Shown: positions 51,303 through 63,885, numbered from the whole stretch's first letter. The stretch: 63,885 nucleotides of DNA, filler included, from Octopus bimaculoides (GCF_001194135.2; 7 parts of 7 records of this genome joined end to end with filler, not necessarily neighbours in it); one strand, 5' to 3'. Numbers and translations are program-made. Notes: generated by a model not told the origin, from the sequence alone.

Positions 51303-51655
51303 TTATATTATATACAATAAAACAAGTAATGGTTATTAAAATAAAATGAGATCTCATCAAACACAGGAAAGTCATTAACTTGCAATGTTTAAAATAAATT
51401 TACAACTTCTGTCTTTACTAATTGTTTATCATTTCACTGTTAATAACTTATAAAATCCATTTTATAGTAAAATTTTTAGATTATCATCCATGTTTTATTA
51501 GTTTTGTCGTGATTTCTCACTCACCAATTGGGTGGGTGTTATGCATAATAACTACTTAAAAGGATGTGGGGGAGGGTGTTACAAAAAAAACAAATGATGT
51601 TTATGAACAACAGCTCCAGACCTATCAAATAAGATAAAAAATATTTAGCCTCAAT

Positions 51656-51812
51656 GGGTGCAGGCATGGCTGTTTGCTAAGAAACTTGCTTCCCAACCAC
51701 ATGGTTCTGGGCTCAGTTCCACCTTAGGCAATTGTCTTCTACAATAGTCTTGGACTGACTAAAGCTCTGTGAGTAGATTTGGTAGATGGAAACTGAAAGA
51801 AGCCTACTGTAT
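51656..51812 (+). mobile_element. SINE family B head
   Basis: GGTGCAGGCATGGCTGT...TGCTTCCCAACCACATGGTTCTGGG.TCAG...GATGGAAACTGAAAGAAGCC. Confidence 0.8.
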
Positions 51813-51817
51813 GTCAA

Positions 51818-51995
51818 CATCATCATCGTTTAACATCCGTTTTCCATTTTGGCATGGGTTGGACGGTTTGACTGAGGTCTAGGGAGACCAGCAGCTGCAC
51901 CAAGCCCCAATCTGATCTGGCAACGTTTCTACAGCTGGATGCCCTTCCAAACACCAACCACTCCAAGAGTGTAGTGGGTGCTTTTTTCATGCCAC
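51818..51995 (-). mobile_element. LINE 3' UTR/tail with (GAT)n end (RTE-type, tentative)
   Basis: CATCATCATCGTTTAAC start followed by TTTCTACAGCTGGATGCCCTTCC, recognised from memory as a retroposon tail. Confidence 0.55.
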
Positions 51996-52420
51996 ATAAA
52001 AATAATTGTAAAAAGAATATACGTGGGATCTAAATGGAAAAAAAGTGAGACAAGAAGAGAACTAGTAAGAATTTTTTTTCAATACTAAAATTAAGAGTGG
52101 TTAAGAGTGTCTAACAATTCCAATTAATAAATCATTGAAGTTCAATCTGTTTTTAAAAAATATAAATTGTACATAATACAGTAAGAGGAAAATTACTTTC
52201 TACAGTCGTTTTCAGAGGAGCAGCCGGAACGCGGAAGAAGCATGTTCATGTCTGCATGGACCAGGACAAGCAGGGGAGAGTGGAGGAAGGCAAGCTATCG
52301 GTTGATGATGAGGGTGGACGCGATCAGGCACTGGTCTTCCACCAGGCACCCAGCAGCCTATGCCAACTGCTGTTGAGTGCAGAGCAGCGCAGAGGAGACC
52401 AAACTCAGCTGACCAGCTCG

Positions 52421-52505
52421 TACCCCTTATAGTTGTCTGGTTGCCCTTTTAGTTGTCTGGTACCCCTTATAGTTGTCTGGTCACCCCTTATAGTTGTCTG
52501 GTCAC
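52421..52505 (+). repeat. 20-21 bp minisatellite x4 (TACCCCTTATAGTTGTCTGG)
   Basis: Four adjacent near-identical units. Confidence 0.92.
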
Positions 52506-52659
52506 GACACTTGCCTCATATATACCTAAGAGATAGCAACATTGATTATACTTTATCCTGGTCCATAATTACAGAGCCCCCTACCTTGTAGTGCTAGTTT
52601 GAATAGATGCAGGTTATGTATAAGGGAATCATATAGTTCAAACACATTAAATTCTCTGA

Positions 52660-53265
52660 TGGGGCATGGCTGTGTGGTTAGGAAGCTTGCTTCCCAGCTA
52701 CATGGTTTCGGGTTCAGTCCAACCGCATGGCACCTTGGGCAAGTGTCTTCTGCTATAGCCCCGAGCCAACTGAAGCTTTGTGATTGAATTTGGTAGGTGG
52801 AAGTTACTGCCGTGTGTGTATATGTCTGTGTATGTGCTTGTGCCTCTCTGCTAGAGAGAGAGAGAGGGATATACACACACACATACATACATACAGGGGC
52901 ATAGCTAGAGTAAATGGCACCCAGGGCAAGCATTAAAATTGTGCCCCCTCCCCAACCAAAAAGCAGAACATGCATTTTCTAAGCTCAAGTAATAACACCT
53001 ATTCTGTTTACACCCCCATGTATATACATACATATATGTATGTGTGTATACATATATGTGTGTATCTGTTTATCCCCCACCACTACTTGACAACCGGTGA
53101 TGGTGTGTTTACGTCCCTTTAACTTAGAAAGTTCAGCAAAAGGGACCAATAGAATAAATACTAGGCGTAAGAAATAAATCCTGGGGTAGATTTGTTCAAC
53201 TAAATCCCGTCGAGGCGGTGCTCCAGCATGACCGCAGTCAAATGACTGAAACAAATTGAAAAAAA
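52660..53265 (+). mobile_element. SINE family B interrupted in its internal microsatellite by a MITE-like fragment (~52894-53019)
   Basis: Head 52660-52830 and tail 53040-53265; the insert starts CAGGGGCATAGCTAGAGT...GCACCCAGGG, resembling one end of the 608-772 MITE. Confidence 0.75.
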
Positions 53266-53396
53266 AAAAAATAGAAGATAACATCTTGCTGATGATTAGT
53301 AGCTGAAAACTCCTTTTGTATAAAGATGAAAAAAAATTATGCCAGGCACCACCTATTTGCATGAGAGTACATGTAATCTTTCATAGTTTAGGAGGG

Positions 53397-53444
<48 letters not shown>

Positions 53445-53890
53445 CATATATGTACATACCTACATCTATATGTATACATACATGCATATATGGGTACAGG
53501 ACATCAAAAACACATTAAACACAATGAGAAACGAAAACAAAAAAACGAAAACAGAAAACAAACTTTTTTCAAACAACGAAAAAACAGAGAAACGAGACAT
53601 GCAACATAAAGAGTATACCCCTTCGTCAGTTGTCCCTGTTCCACCTACTCCGCAACAGTCCTTCCCGCAAAGCAAATTAAATAAAATTTGGAATTTTTTG
53701 CAGAGGGTGAAAGTGTTAGTGAGAACAGGACAGTGAAACCAAACGGTGAGGGCTGTTGAGCCAAGACGACAGAAAAATTATTATGAACGCTAGGTTCATA
53801 ATATATACATATATACATATAGTTGAAATTTACAGAAAAGCAAAAGACAAAGACAGGTGTATAAACAACAAGCAGGCGGGAGGTGAGAAA

Positions 53891-53929
53891 GTCTTTCAGG
53901 TGTCGAGCCTAAGCTCTTCAACAGAAAGG
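53891..53929 (-). ncRNA. Dead minimal hammerhead (family of 16758-16795)
   Basis: CCTTT-CTGTTGA-A-GAGC(TTAG)GCTC-GACAC-CTG-AAAG. Confidence 0.55.
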
Positions 53930-54301
53930 CACACGAGGAAATAAACAGAGAGAGAATAAAAAAACTTTTGGTGTTAGTGGTCAATCATGGCAATATATAT
54001 ATATTACAGAGATGTACTTGCATGGCAAGTGACTTGATCTGAGATCGTGTGCTGAAAGAAAAACAAGAGATGCAGCACAAAATTTTGACAGAAAGGAATG
54101 AGAGGAAATAAACAGAGAGAGAAAGAAAAACAACATGTAGAGTTCAGTGGTCCAACATGGTGAATAAATAAATATATATATATATATCCATACAAACACA
54201 CACGTATAGTCAATTCAAATAAATGAATAACACAAACGAAAAAACAAATTTGAGGACGTTCACAAGAAATGTATTTGCTTGAGGCTTGGTGAAGGGAGAG
54301 A

Positions 54302-54337
54302 GTTTGATATTTTGAGCATAGCTCTTCATCAGAAAGG
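54302..54337 (-). ncRNA. Decayed minimal hammerhead (same family, CTGATGA intact)
   Basis: CCTTT-CTGATGA-A-GAGC(TAT)GCTC-AAAA-TA-TC-AAAC; the changes fit CpG decay of GCTCGAAACGTC. Confidence 0.6.
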
Positions 54338-54407
54338 AGAATGGAAAAAGTCCAAACATGGAAAAGAAACCACCAATGGCCCATGTGTAGTTACATTGCT
54401 CAAGTCT

Positions 54408-54439
<32 letters not shown>

Positions 54440-54514
54440 CATATGAGGGAATAGACAAACGAAAGACATTTATTGGAAGTTACATGTTTTGATGAAAATA
54501 GTTTGATTCAGACG

Positions 54515-54558
54515 CCTTGGTACTCTGAGTTTCAAGTGTGTGGCTAGTCTTCAGCCAA
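54515..54558 (-). ncRNA. Minimal type-I hammerhead, intact core, weak helix II
   Basis: TTGG-CTGAAGA-CTAG(CCACACA)CTT-GAA-ACTC(A)GAGT-A-CCAA; 4-bp helices I and III, GUA site. Confidence 0.68.
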
Positions 54559-55598
54559 TGGGGTTTGAATGAGAGTTCGATTGAAGAGGGTCAATGTTTA
54601 TTACTGGACATTAGCCTGCAATTGGTTGAGAAAGGTCACATGGTATAGCAGTGTGATGCTGGTATTTCAACAACAACATTTAGTTGGAAAATATTGTATA
54701 GTGAACAGGAAATCAATCACATGGTGAACAGGAAATCAACTACATGGTGGACAAGAAATCGGTTGTGTGGTGGTGGCGGTGGTGGTAGATGTGGGGGTAT
54801 ATATGTGTATATATGTACATGTATATGCCCATATATCTGCATGTATGCATCCATACTTATACGAGTATGTATGTGTGCCTTGATGTACATTCACATATCT
54901 ATGTATGTACACATACATGAAGGCACACATACACACGCACACACACACGTGCATGCACACCTTTATCTCCATGTACATATGCACATGAGCACATGCACAC
55001 GTGTACATAAACACATGTGCATGTGTACACACATACACATGCATGGGTGCACATGTATATGGGTGCTTGTGCATGCACAAATCTGTGCACATGCATATGA
55101 TGAGCAGATGCATATGCATACACATGCACACATTTTGTCATGTAGTCATGCATAAGGAGGGATGTACAATGGGTGAGTATGTGATAGATGCACTGGGAGA
55201 GTATGCACTATGAGCACACCACAAATTCATCCTCTTGAATGCCTGAATGGCTCACCGGTGATAGTTGAGGGATTACTGTACATGCTTCTGAACAAAGCAT
55301 TAGTTGAGTACAGAGTGGTAATAAGAAAATGAGAGGACACAGGAATAAACAATTATGGTATGGACTTTGTTTGCTTACAGCCGTTTCTGCTATTAGATGT
55401 TGTGGACGTATAATTGAGTGCCTGAGTAATATTTTACAGCTTCTCCAGAGCGTCAGATATGAAGTCATATTCAAGACTCCAATGAAGCTAAAAGGTGTTA
55501 CTCAGACATTCAGTCATGAGCCCATTGCATCTTATAATAGGAACAGCTGTAAGATAATGAAGTTCATAAGATAATCGTTTATTCCTGTGTCCTTTCAT

Positions 55599-55635
<37 letters not shown>

Positions 55636-56262
55636 NNNNNNNNNNNNNNNNNNNNNNNNNNNNNNNNNNNNNNNNNNNNNNNNNNNNNNNNNNNNNNNNN
55701 NNNNNNNNNNNNNNNNNNNNNNNNNNNNNNNNNNNNNNNNNNNNNNNNNNNNNNNNNNNNNNNNNNNNNNNNNNNNNNNNNNNNNNNNNNNNNNNNNNNN
55801 NNNNNNNNNNNNNNNNNNNNNNNNNNNNNNNNNNNNNNNNNNNNNNNNNNNNNNNNNNNNNNNNNNNNNNNNNNNNNNNNNNNNNNNNNNNNNNNNNNNN
55901 NNNNNNNNNNNNNNNNNNNNNNNNNNNNNNNNNNNNNNNNNNNNNNNNNNNNNNNNNNNNNNNNNNNNNNNNNNNNNNNNNNNNNNNNNNNNNNNNNNNN
56001 NNNNNNNNNNNNNNNNNNNNNNNNNNNNNNNNNNNNNNNNNNNNNNNNNNNNNNNNNNNNNNNNNNNNNNNNNNNNNNNNNNNNNNNNNNNNNNNNNNNN
56101 NNNNNNNNNNNNNNNNNNNNNNNNNNNNNNNNNNNNNNNNNNNNNNNNNNNNNNNNNNNNNNNNNNNNNNNNNNNNNNNNNNNNNNNNNNNNNNNNNNNN
56201 NNNNNNNNNNNNNNNNNNNNNNNNNNNNNNNNNNNNNNNNNNNNNNNNNNNNNNNNNNNNNN

Positions 56263-56551
56263 GATGGTACATCTTATGTGCCACCCGCACAAGAGCCAGT
56301 CCAGGGGCACTGGCAACGATCTTACTTGGCTTGCCGGGTCTTCTCACACACAGCACATTTCCAAAGGTCTCGGTCAGTAGTCATCGCCTCGGTGAGGTCC
56401 AATGTTCGAAGGTCTTGCCTCACCACCTCAACGCCCAGGTCCTCCTGGGCCTACCTCTTCCACGGGTTCCCTCAACTGTCAGGGAGTGGCACTTTTTCAC
56501 GCAGCTATCCTCATTCATTCTCACCACATGTCCAAACCAGCGCAATCGTCT
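56263..56551 (-). mobile_element. RTE LINE 3' end
   Basis: RRLRWFGHVVRMNEDSCVKKCHSLTVEGTRGRGRPRRTW on the minus strand. Confidence 0.88.
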
Positions 56552-56651
56552 NNNNNNNNNNNNNNNNNNNNNNNNNNNNNNNNNNNNNNNNNNNNTTAAT
56601 TAATTAANNNNNNNNNNNNNNNNNNNNNNNNNNNNNNNNNNNNNNNNNNNN

Positions 56652-56683
<32 letters not shown>

Positions 56684-56719
56684 GATGGATAGATAGATAA
56701 ATAGATAGATAGATAGATT

Positions 56720-56800
<81 letters not shown>

Positions 56801-57845
56801 GTAGGTAGGTAGGTAGGTAGGTAGATAACAATCGAACTACAGGCAGTGACTGGCAGATTAACCATTCTACTGCTTGGAGCAAAGACCGAAGAGATGCGCT
56901 GTGATATACATATGGAAGATACTCGAGCACCTGAACAAGAGATTCATAAACTGTTCTAAACGTCCTATCCATCACGTCTGCTAGAAATAATAATCCAAGA
57001 GTTCACAGCAATTCAAGTCCTGATAAATCAACGTGGGGAGGATATTCTCAAGATATATCCTGACCTTCAGCTGTTCAAGATCCCAGATGAAACTACATTG
57101 CAGCATGAAACTCAAAAGAGGGTAGCAATACTACGCTCCCACTTTCACCAACAGACGACCACATGAAAATAGCCATTGACGATAATGGTGGTACCCCAGC
57201 CTGACCACAGTATTTTCAATGAAATGCGTAAAAGGATAAAAGAATACACACACAAAAACGCACCCACGGACACACAGACTTATATGTGTGGGAGGGGTGT
57301 GTGTTTGTCGTTTCATTTAAGCCGACTAAAGTCTTCTCTTGAAGTTATTCAGACTAAAGAAGCATATAGCGAATGCACAAACCGTCAGCCGTGCGTGTAT
57401 TCAGACGTCGTATAACATTCGAATGTCTACATCTCCTATGCACTAGGTCAAAGGAACAAACCGAGTCAATACAAATAGAATGTAAATAAACCTAAGGAGT
57501 AAATACACAATGATGAATGAAGTTTTGTCGCGATATATTTTTTGTAAATGATAGATGTTATAAAAATAGTGTAGTCGTTTCAATAAGACATGTCTCGCTA
57601 TATTCATCCACGTTTACATGACTATCAATGTATCAGCCTCAAGACTGTTTGCCGATATAAACAGGACCAGTAATAAGATGAAAAATGAAAAAAATAATAA
57701 TAAGTATACATAAATGCAAGCTCCCATCTATCCAATCATTCGCCCATGCAAACATTAATAGTTTCTCTCACATTCACACAAACACACATCCGTTTATAAT
57801 ATGAGTACATGCACATACTGATATACACAAGTGTATGTATGCATG

Positions 57846-58058
57846 CTCTTTTACTCTTTTACTTGTTTCAGTCATTTGACTGTGGCCATGCTGGAGCACC
57901 GCCTTTAGTCGAGCAAATCAACCCCAGGACTTATTCTTTGGAAGCCTAGTACTTATTCTATCGGTCTCTTTTGCCGAACCGCTAGGTTACGGGGACGTAA
58001 ACACACCACCATCGGTTGTCAAGCAATGGTGGGGGGCGGGGCAAACAGAGACACGCAA

Positions 58059-58072
<14 letters not shown>
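57846..58072 (-). mobile_element. SINE family B tail half, truncated by a gap
   Basis: Reverse complement of the family-B tail. Confidence 0.88.
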
Positions 58073-58093
<21 letters not shown>

Positions 58094-58872
58094 NNNNNNN
58101 NNNNNNNNNNNNNNNNNNNNNNNNNNNNNNNNNNNNNNNNNNNNNNNNNNNNNNNNNNNNNNNNNNNNNNNNNNNNNNNNNNNNNNNNNNNNNNNNNNNN
58201 NNNNNNNNNNNNNNNNNNNNNNNNNNNNNNNNNNNNNNNNNNNNNNNNNNNNNNNNNNNNNNNNNNNNNNNNNNNNNNNNNNNNNNNNNNNNNNNNNNNN
58301 NNNNNNNNNNNNNNNNNNNNNNNNNNNNNNNNNNNNNNNNNNNNNNNNNNNNNNNNNNNNNNNNNNNNNNNNNNNNNNNNNNNNNNNNNNNNNNNNNNNN
58401 NNNNNNNNNNNNNNNNNNNNNNNNNNNNNNNNNNNNNNNNNNNNNNNNNNNNNNNNNNNNNNNNNNNNNNNNNNNNNNNNNNNNNNNNNNNNNNNNNNNN
58501 NNNNNNNNNNNNNNNNNNNNNNNNNNNNNNNNNNNNNNNNNNNNNNNNNNNNNNNNNNNNNNNNNNNNNNNNNNNNNNNNNNNNNNNNNNNNNNNNNNNN
58601 NNNNNNNNNNNNNNNNNNNNNNNNNNNNNNNNNNNNNNNNNNNNNNNNNNNNNNNNNNNNNNNNNNNNNNNNNNNNNNNNNNNNNNNNNNNNNNNNNNNN
58701 NNNNNNNNNNNNNNNNNNNNNNNNNNNNNNNNNNNNNNNNNNNNNNNNNNNNNNNNNNNNNNNNNNNNNNNNNNNNNNNNNNNNNNNNNNNNNNNNNNNN
58801 NNNNNNNNNNNNNNNNNNNNNNNNNNNNNNNNNNNNNNNNNNNNNNNNNNNNNNNNNNNNNNNNNNNNCGGT

Positions 58873-58989
<117 letters not shown>

Positions 58990-59954
58990 ATATGCATGTT
59001 TGTATGTATGTATACGTGTGTAAATGTATGCTTGTGTGTGTGTGTGTGTTTGTGTGTACGTATCTATTATTTAATAACAGACTGATGCCTTCTAGATACC
59101 TAGTTACCATCCTACAGAGCTTGAAGTTTCACGGTACTGAGTCAATTTCTATTTGATATGTGTAACTCCTACAATATGTGTTCTTTCGTATGTTCACTCA
59201 CTTGTATACACTTATGATATTAATTTATGTATTTATATATTATGATCTTAGAGACAATTTGAATATCATGTTTACACGTTTCAAGATACCATAGATAGAT
59301 TTATTCCAAGCTGTGTCCAATTTCTCCTCTCTTCGTTAGGTTGCTTTCCTTTATATCTCAAAGTAGCCGACAGTGAAATGTTGGGAGAAAAATGCCGTTG
59401 TCTACTTACCTCTTTGTCGAGGTACCTTAGCCTCAATTTTAAATCTGATAGAACAGACATATCATAGTAGGTTTATCAAAAATCTTCAGTTTTTAGACAT
59501 TATATTATTCTGTTATTTCATTAAACTTAAATTATTTTAATGATGTCACACGAGGTATTCCACTACTATTTTCGGTTGGTTGAACCGCATAGCGACTTAG
59601 ACATTTTGACAATACGCACGTAGTTTGAAACCATGACTAATATTTGTTACATTTTTGTAACCAACTCCTTTTCACAAAATATCACATACAGTTTATATAC
59701 AAATTTGTATGCGCGAGCACAAGCATTCCCGTGTTATCTTTTATCATTTATTTATTCAGATGATTGGATTGCACCTATGTTGAAACAAAACCTTGAGGGG
59801 TTTTAATCGAATAAATCGAATCTAGTCCTCATTTCTATCGCCCTTCTATGCCGAACTAAGACCAGCTGTCGATCATTAAAAGAGACAGACACAAGCACAA
59901 AGTTACACACACACAGACAGACACACACATAATATTACATTATAGATATATGTA

Positions 59955-60350
59955 TAGGCGTCGGTATGGCTTTGTGTTAAGATGCTTGCTTCTCAACCAC
60001 ATGGGTCTAGATTCAGTACCACTGCGTGGCACCTTGGGCTAGTGTCTTGGGCAAGGCCGACCAAAGCCTTGTGAGTGAATTTAGTAGACGGAAACTGAAA
60101 GAAACCCACCGTGTATATATAGATATATGTTTATATGTTTGTGTGTCTGTGTTTGTCTCCCCACCACCGTCGCTTGACTACCGATGTTGGTGTGTTTATG
60201 TGCCCATAACTTAGCGGTTCGGCAAAACAGACCAATGGAATACGTACTAGGCTTACAAAGAATAAGTACTCAGGTCGATTTGTTCGACTAAAAGCGGTGC
60301 TCCATCATGGCCGCCGTCAAGTGACTGAAACAAGTAAAAGGATAAAAGAA
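59955..60350 (+). mobile_element. SINE family B, full length
   Basis: tRNA-like head, GGCACCTTGGGC.AGTGTCTT (CORE-like box), internal TA/TG repeat, tail GACTGAAACAAGTAAAAGGATAAAAG. Confidence 0.88.
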
Positions 60351-61031
60351 AAAAAGAATATATATAGCATTTCTTTCGGTTTCTGTCTACTGTATTTACT
60401 CACCAATCTATGTTCGGCTCAGAGCTATAGAAGAAAGCAGTTGTTCAATGTGGCCGGCAGTGGGCCTGAACTCAGAAGCTTGAGGTTGAGAAAGAATCTT
60501 CTTACTATACTGATGCGTATGAGCATATCATTTCACAATTGTCTAAAATATATATAACTTTACACAGGTGACTATATTGGGTATAACGAATATGTTATAA
60601 AGTTATAACGAATATGCTCCGTCATTTTCTGTAACTCCATTATGTGTTTATACTTCTATTCATTTGATATATGAAGGAAAATAGCGGTATGTCTAGAGAC
60701 TACATATGACTAGCATAGTTTTTTCAAAATTATGTCTCTGCATTGATTTATTTGTAAATGTCAAATTGCTCGCACTGCATTGTGTATTAATGCTTAAATC
60801 TACATATATAATTGTATATGTGTATGTTCATGTGTGTGTATATATTTGTACTAAGCGTATGCGTACGTGAAGGCATTTTGAGCTATTCCAATTGTGATAT
60901 TGCAAATAGTTTAAATGTTTTAAATATCTAGAGCGGCATGCAAAAAAAAAAAAAAAGCACACACACACACAATAACAAATTAGTTTACATTGAGAGGTGG
61001 TCTACCCACTTAAAGATAATTCTAAATAGTC

Positions 61032-61228
61032 TATCATTATTATTATTATTATTATTTTATGTTTGACTTTTGTTTTGCATTTGTACAAGTTGGATCCAAG
61101 TCTCACCCAGAGACCTCAAGAGACAACAAGTTAGAAGTTCATGTAGGTGTTATGCCTAGGGTACCATATATTTGGATTTGTACAGTTTTGTTCAAGTGAA
61201 TGTTTAAGAAACCATATGAAAATTATGT
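61032..61228 (-). mobile_element. Probable non-LTR retrotransposon 3' end with (AAT)n tail
   Basis: Minus strand ends GAGGTCTCTGGGTGAGACTTGGA...AAAATAATAATAAT; family not identified. Confidence 0.4.
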
Positions 61229-61328
61229 NNNNNNNNNNNNNNNNNNNNNNNNNNNNNNNNNNNNNNNNNNNNTTAATTAATTAANNNNNNNNNNNNNNNN
61301 NNNNNNNNNNNNNNNNNNNNNNNNNNNN

Positions 61329-61364
<36 letters not shown>

Positions 61365-61389
61365 TATATGCGTATGTATGTATATATGC

Positions 61390-61780
61390 ATAAGTAGCCT
61401 GCTTACCAACCACATGCTTCCGGATTCAATCCCACTGCGTGGCACCTTGTGAGTGAATTTGGAAGACGGAAACTGAAAGAAATCCGACGTGTATATATAT
61501 ATATATATGAATGCATGTATGAATATATGTATGTATGCATGTATGTATGTATGTATGTGCGTGTGTGTATATGTTCGTGTGTTCTCCCCCCTCCAACTTC
61601 ACTTGACAACCGATGACGGTGTGTTTACGTTCCCGTAATTTAACAGCTCTACAAAAAACACCGATAGAATAAGTACAAGGCTTACAAAGGATAAATCTTG
61701 GGGTCGATTTGCTCGACTGAAGGCCGGGCTCCAGCATGGCCGTAGTCATACGAGTGAAACAAATAAAAGAAATAAAAATT
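61390..61780 (+). mobile_element. SINE family B (internal deletion)
   Basis: Head and tail match the other copies. Confidence 0.85.
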
Positions 61781-63537
61781 GTAATAGTTCCACATTTCAG
61801 TAAAAGATCCTTATTTCCCTCGAATGCATTAATTCATTAGTTTATTATTTTGTAACCCCCGAAAGGCAAAGGTGAATTTGACGCATTTTGAACCCTGTGC
61901 TACCCAAGGTGCATCTAAATATTGTATCCGAGACGCTAACGATACCGCTAACTGAATTCGTTAATTCGCACATTCACACACTCACAAAACCATAGATATT
62001 TCGCATATGTGTGTTCACGTAGCAACGTGAATGTGTACGGATATATATGCATATATGCATATATATATATATTTATATANNNNNNNNNNNNNNNNNNNNN
62101 NNNNNNNNNNNNNNNNNNNNNNNNNNNNNNNNNNNNNNNNNNNNNNNNNNNNNNNNNNNNNNNNNNNNNNNNNNNNNNNNNNNNNNNNNNNNNNNNNNNN
62201 NNNNNNNNNNNNNNNNNNNNNNNNNNNNNNNNNNNNNNNNNNNNNNNNNNNNNNNNNNNNNNNNNNNNNNNNNNNNNNNNNNNNNNNNNNNNNNNNNNNN
62301 NNNNNNNNNNNNNNNNNNNNNNNNNNNNNNNNNNNNNNNNNNNNNNNNNNNNNNNNNNNNNNNNNNNNNNNNNNNNNNNNNNNNNNNNNNNNNNNNNNNN
62401 NNNNNNNNNNNNNNNNNNNNNNNNNNNNNNNNNNNNNNNNNNNNNNNNNNNNNNNNNNNNNNNNNNNNNNNNNNNNNNNNNNNNNNNNNNNNNNNNNNNN
62501 NNNNNNNNNNNNNNNNNNNNNNNNNNNNNNNNNNNNNNNNNNNNNNNNNNNNNNNNNNNNNNNNNNNNNNNNNNNNNNNNNNNNNNNNNNNNNNNNNNNN
62601 NNNNNNNNNNNNNNNNNNNNNNNNNNNNNNNNNNNNNNNNNNNNNNNNNNNNNNNNNNNNNNNNNNNNNNNNNNNNNNNNNNNNNNNNNNNNNNNNNNNN
62701 NNNNNNNNNNNNNNNNNNNNNNNNNNNNNNNNNNNNNNNNNNNNNNNNNNNNNNNNNNNNNNNNNNNNNNNNNNNNNNNNNNNNNNNNNNNNNNNNNNNN
62801 NNNNNNNNNNNNNNNNNNNNNNNNNNNNNNNNNNNNNNNNNNNNNNNNNNNNNNNNNNNNNNNNNNNNNNNNNNNNNNNNNNNNNNNNNNNNNNNNNNNN
62901 NNNNNNNNNNNNNNNNNNNNNNNNNNNNNNNNNNNNNNNNNNNNNNNNNNNNNNNNNNNNNNNNNNNNNNNNNNNNNNNNNNNNNNNNNNNNNNNATATA
63001 TATATATATATATACATAGGTATATATTATATTATATATATTATGTACGATTTTCAGCGGTACTTGACTGAATTCGTCCACACAAACCTCAGTGAACGCG
63101 TCTGGATTTCGGTGTTTTAGAATTAGTTAATAATTGTGTGAATATGCATATATAATTTTATATATACATACATATCTCATATGCATTTATATATAGGTTT
63201 GGGTCTATGTATATATATGCACACACAATTATGCTTATACATATATATGTACACACACACACGCACACACGCTTATATACATTAAATGGATGGATATTAG
63301 TTATAAAAGAGACATTAATATAAATATATTTATATATATATATATGTATGTATGTATGTACATGTATATATACATATATAAAGATATATATGTATACATA
63401 TATATAGATATATATGTATAAATATATGAGTTCATTTATGTATATATATATATATACAGAGTGATATGTGTACATATTTATATATGTATATATGTGTATA
63501 TATGTGTGCGTGTGTTCTTGCGTTTGTATGCATTTAT

Positions 63538-63577
<40 letters not shown>

Positions 63578-63812
63578 ACACACATGTATGAGACGTATTT
63601 AGGAGGAAATAGGAAAAATTGAAAAAGGAGACGACAATTTTCCCTATTTTCTCCTATATACGACTTACTAATCCTGGAATCAAACCACACACAATTGTGT
63701 CCATTGTTTCCCAGAACACTTAAGCAACATTTAGCTACCTTGTAATTATTCCCTTGGATTTATCCCATAGCTTGTACACAGACATACACATGCACACACA
63801 CACACACGCACG

Positions 63813-63843
<31 letters not shown>

Positions 63844-63885
63844 TCCACCCACAAACATGTAACCATACGAATACACATATACTCA

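Noticed and set aside
52421-52505. Short direct-repeat array as a possible CRISPR
   Set aside because: No spacers, eukaryotic context, no cas genes; it is a minisatellite.
54694-55213. His/Cys/Met-rich ORFs resembling metal-binding proteins
   Set aside because: Cryptic (CA/TG/CATG) simple repeat, open in several frames on both strands.

Overview
AT-rich, microsatellite- and transposon-saturated animal genomic DNA with roughly 8 kb of assembly N-gaps. The SINE/LINE repertoire suggests a cephalopod, probably Octopus (inference). The only recognisable host gene is the 3' part of a Bsx/bsh NK-class homeobox gene on the + strand (exons 2081-2268 and 4233-4553, intron at homeodomain Q44|V45). Its 5' exon is not in the window, and a ~95% identical dead fragment of its own homeobox exon sits 1.9 kb upstream. 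The remaining ~59 kb is decayed TEs: at least three tRNA-derived SINE families, CR1/L2-like, RTE, RLE-type and Penelope retroelements, Tc1/mariner (DD37D and DD34D), hAT, and a triple piggyBac-like MITE. The main hidden signal is about ten minimal type-I hammerhead ribozyme motifs from several unrelated sequence families. One has a fully intact core and a long helix II (41784-41884, minus). Others form a co-oriented array at 167-295 nt spacing (53.6-54.56 kb), sit in both arms of a 211-bp palindrome, lie inside a 358-nt direct-repeat unit, or lie downstream of Penelope GIY-YIG relics. This points to a Penelope-LTR / retrozyme-like population of self-cleaving RNA elements. All folds were read by eye; no database search or activity test could be run.
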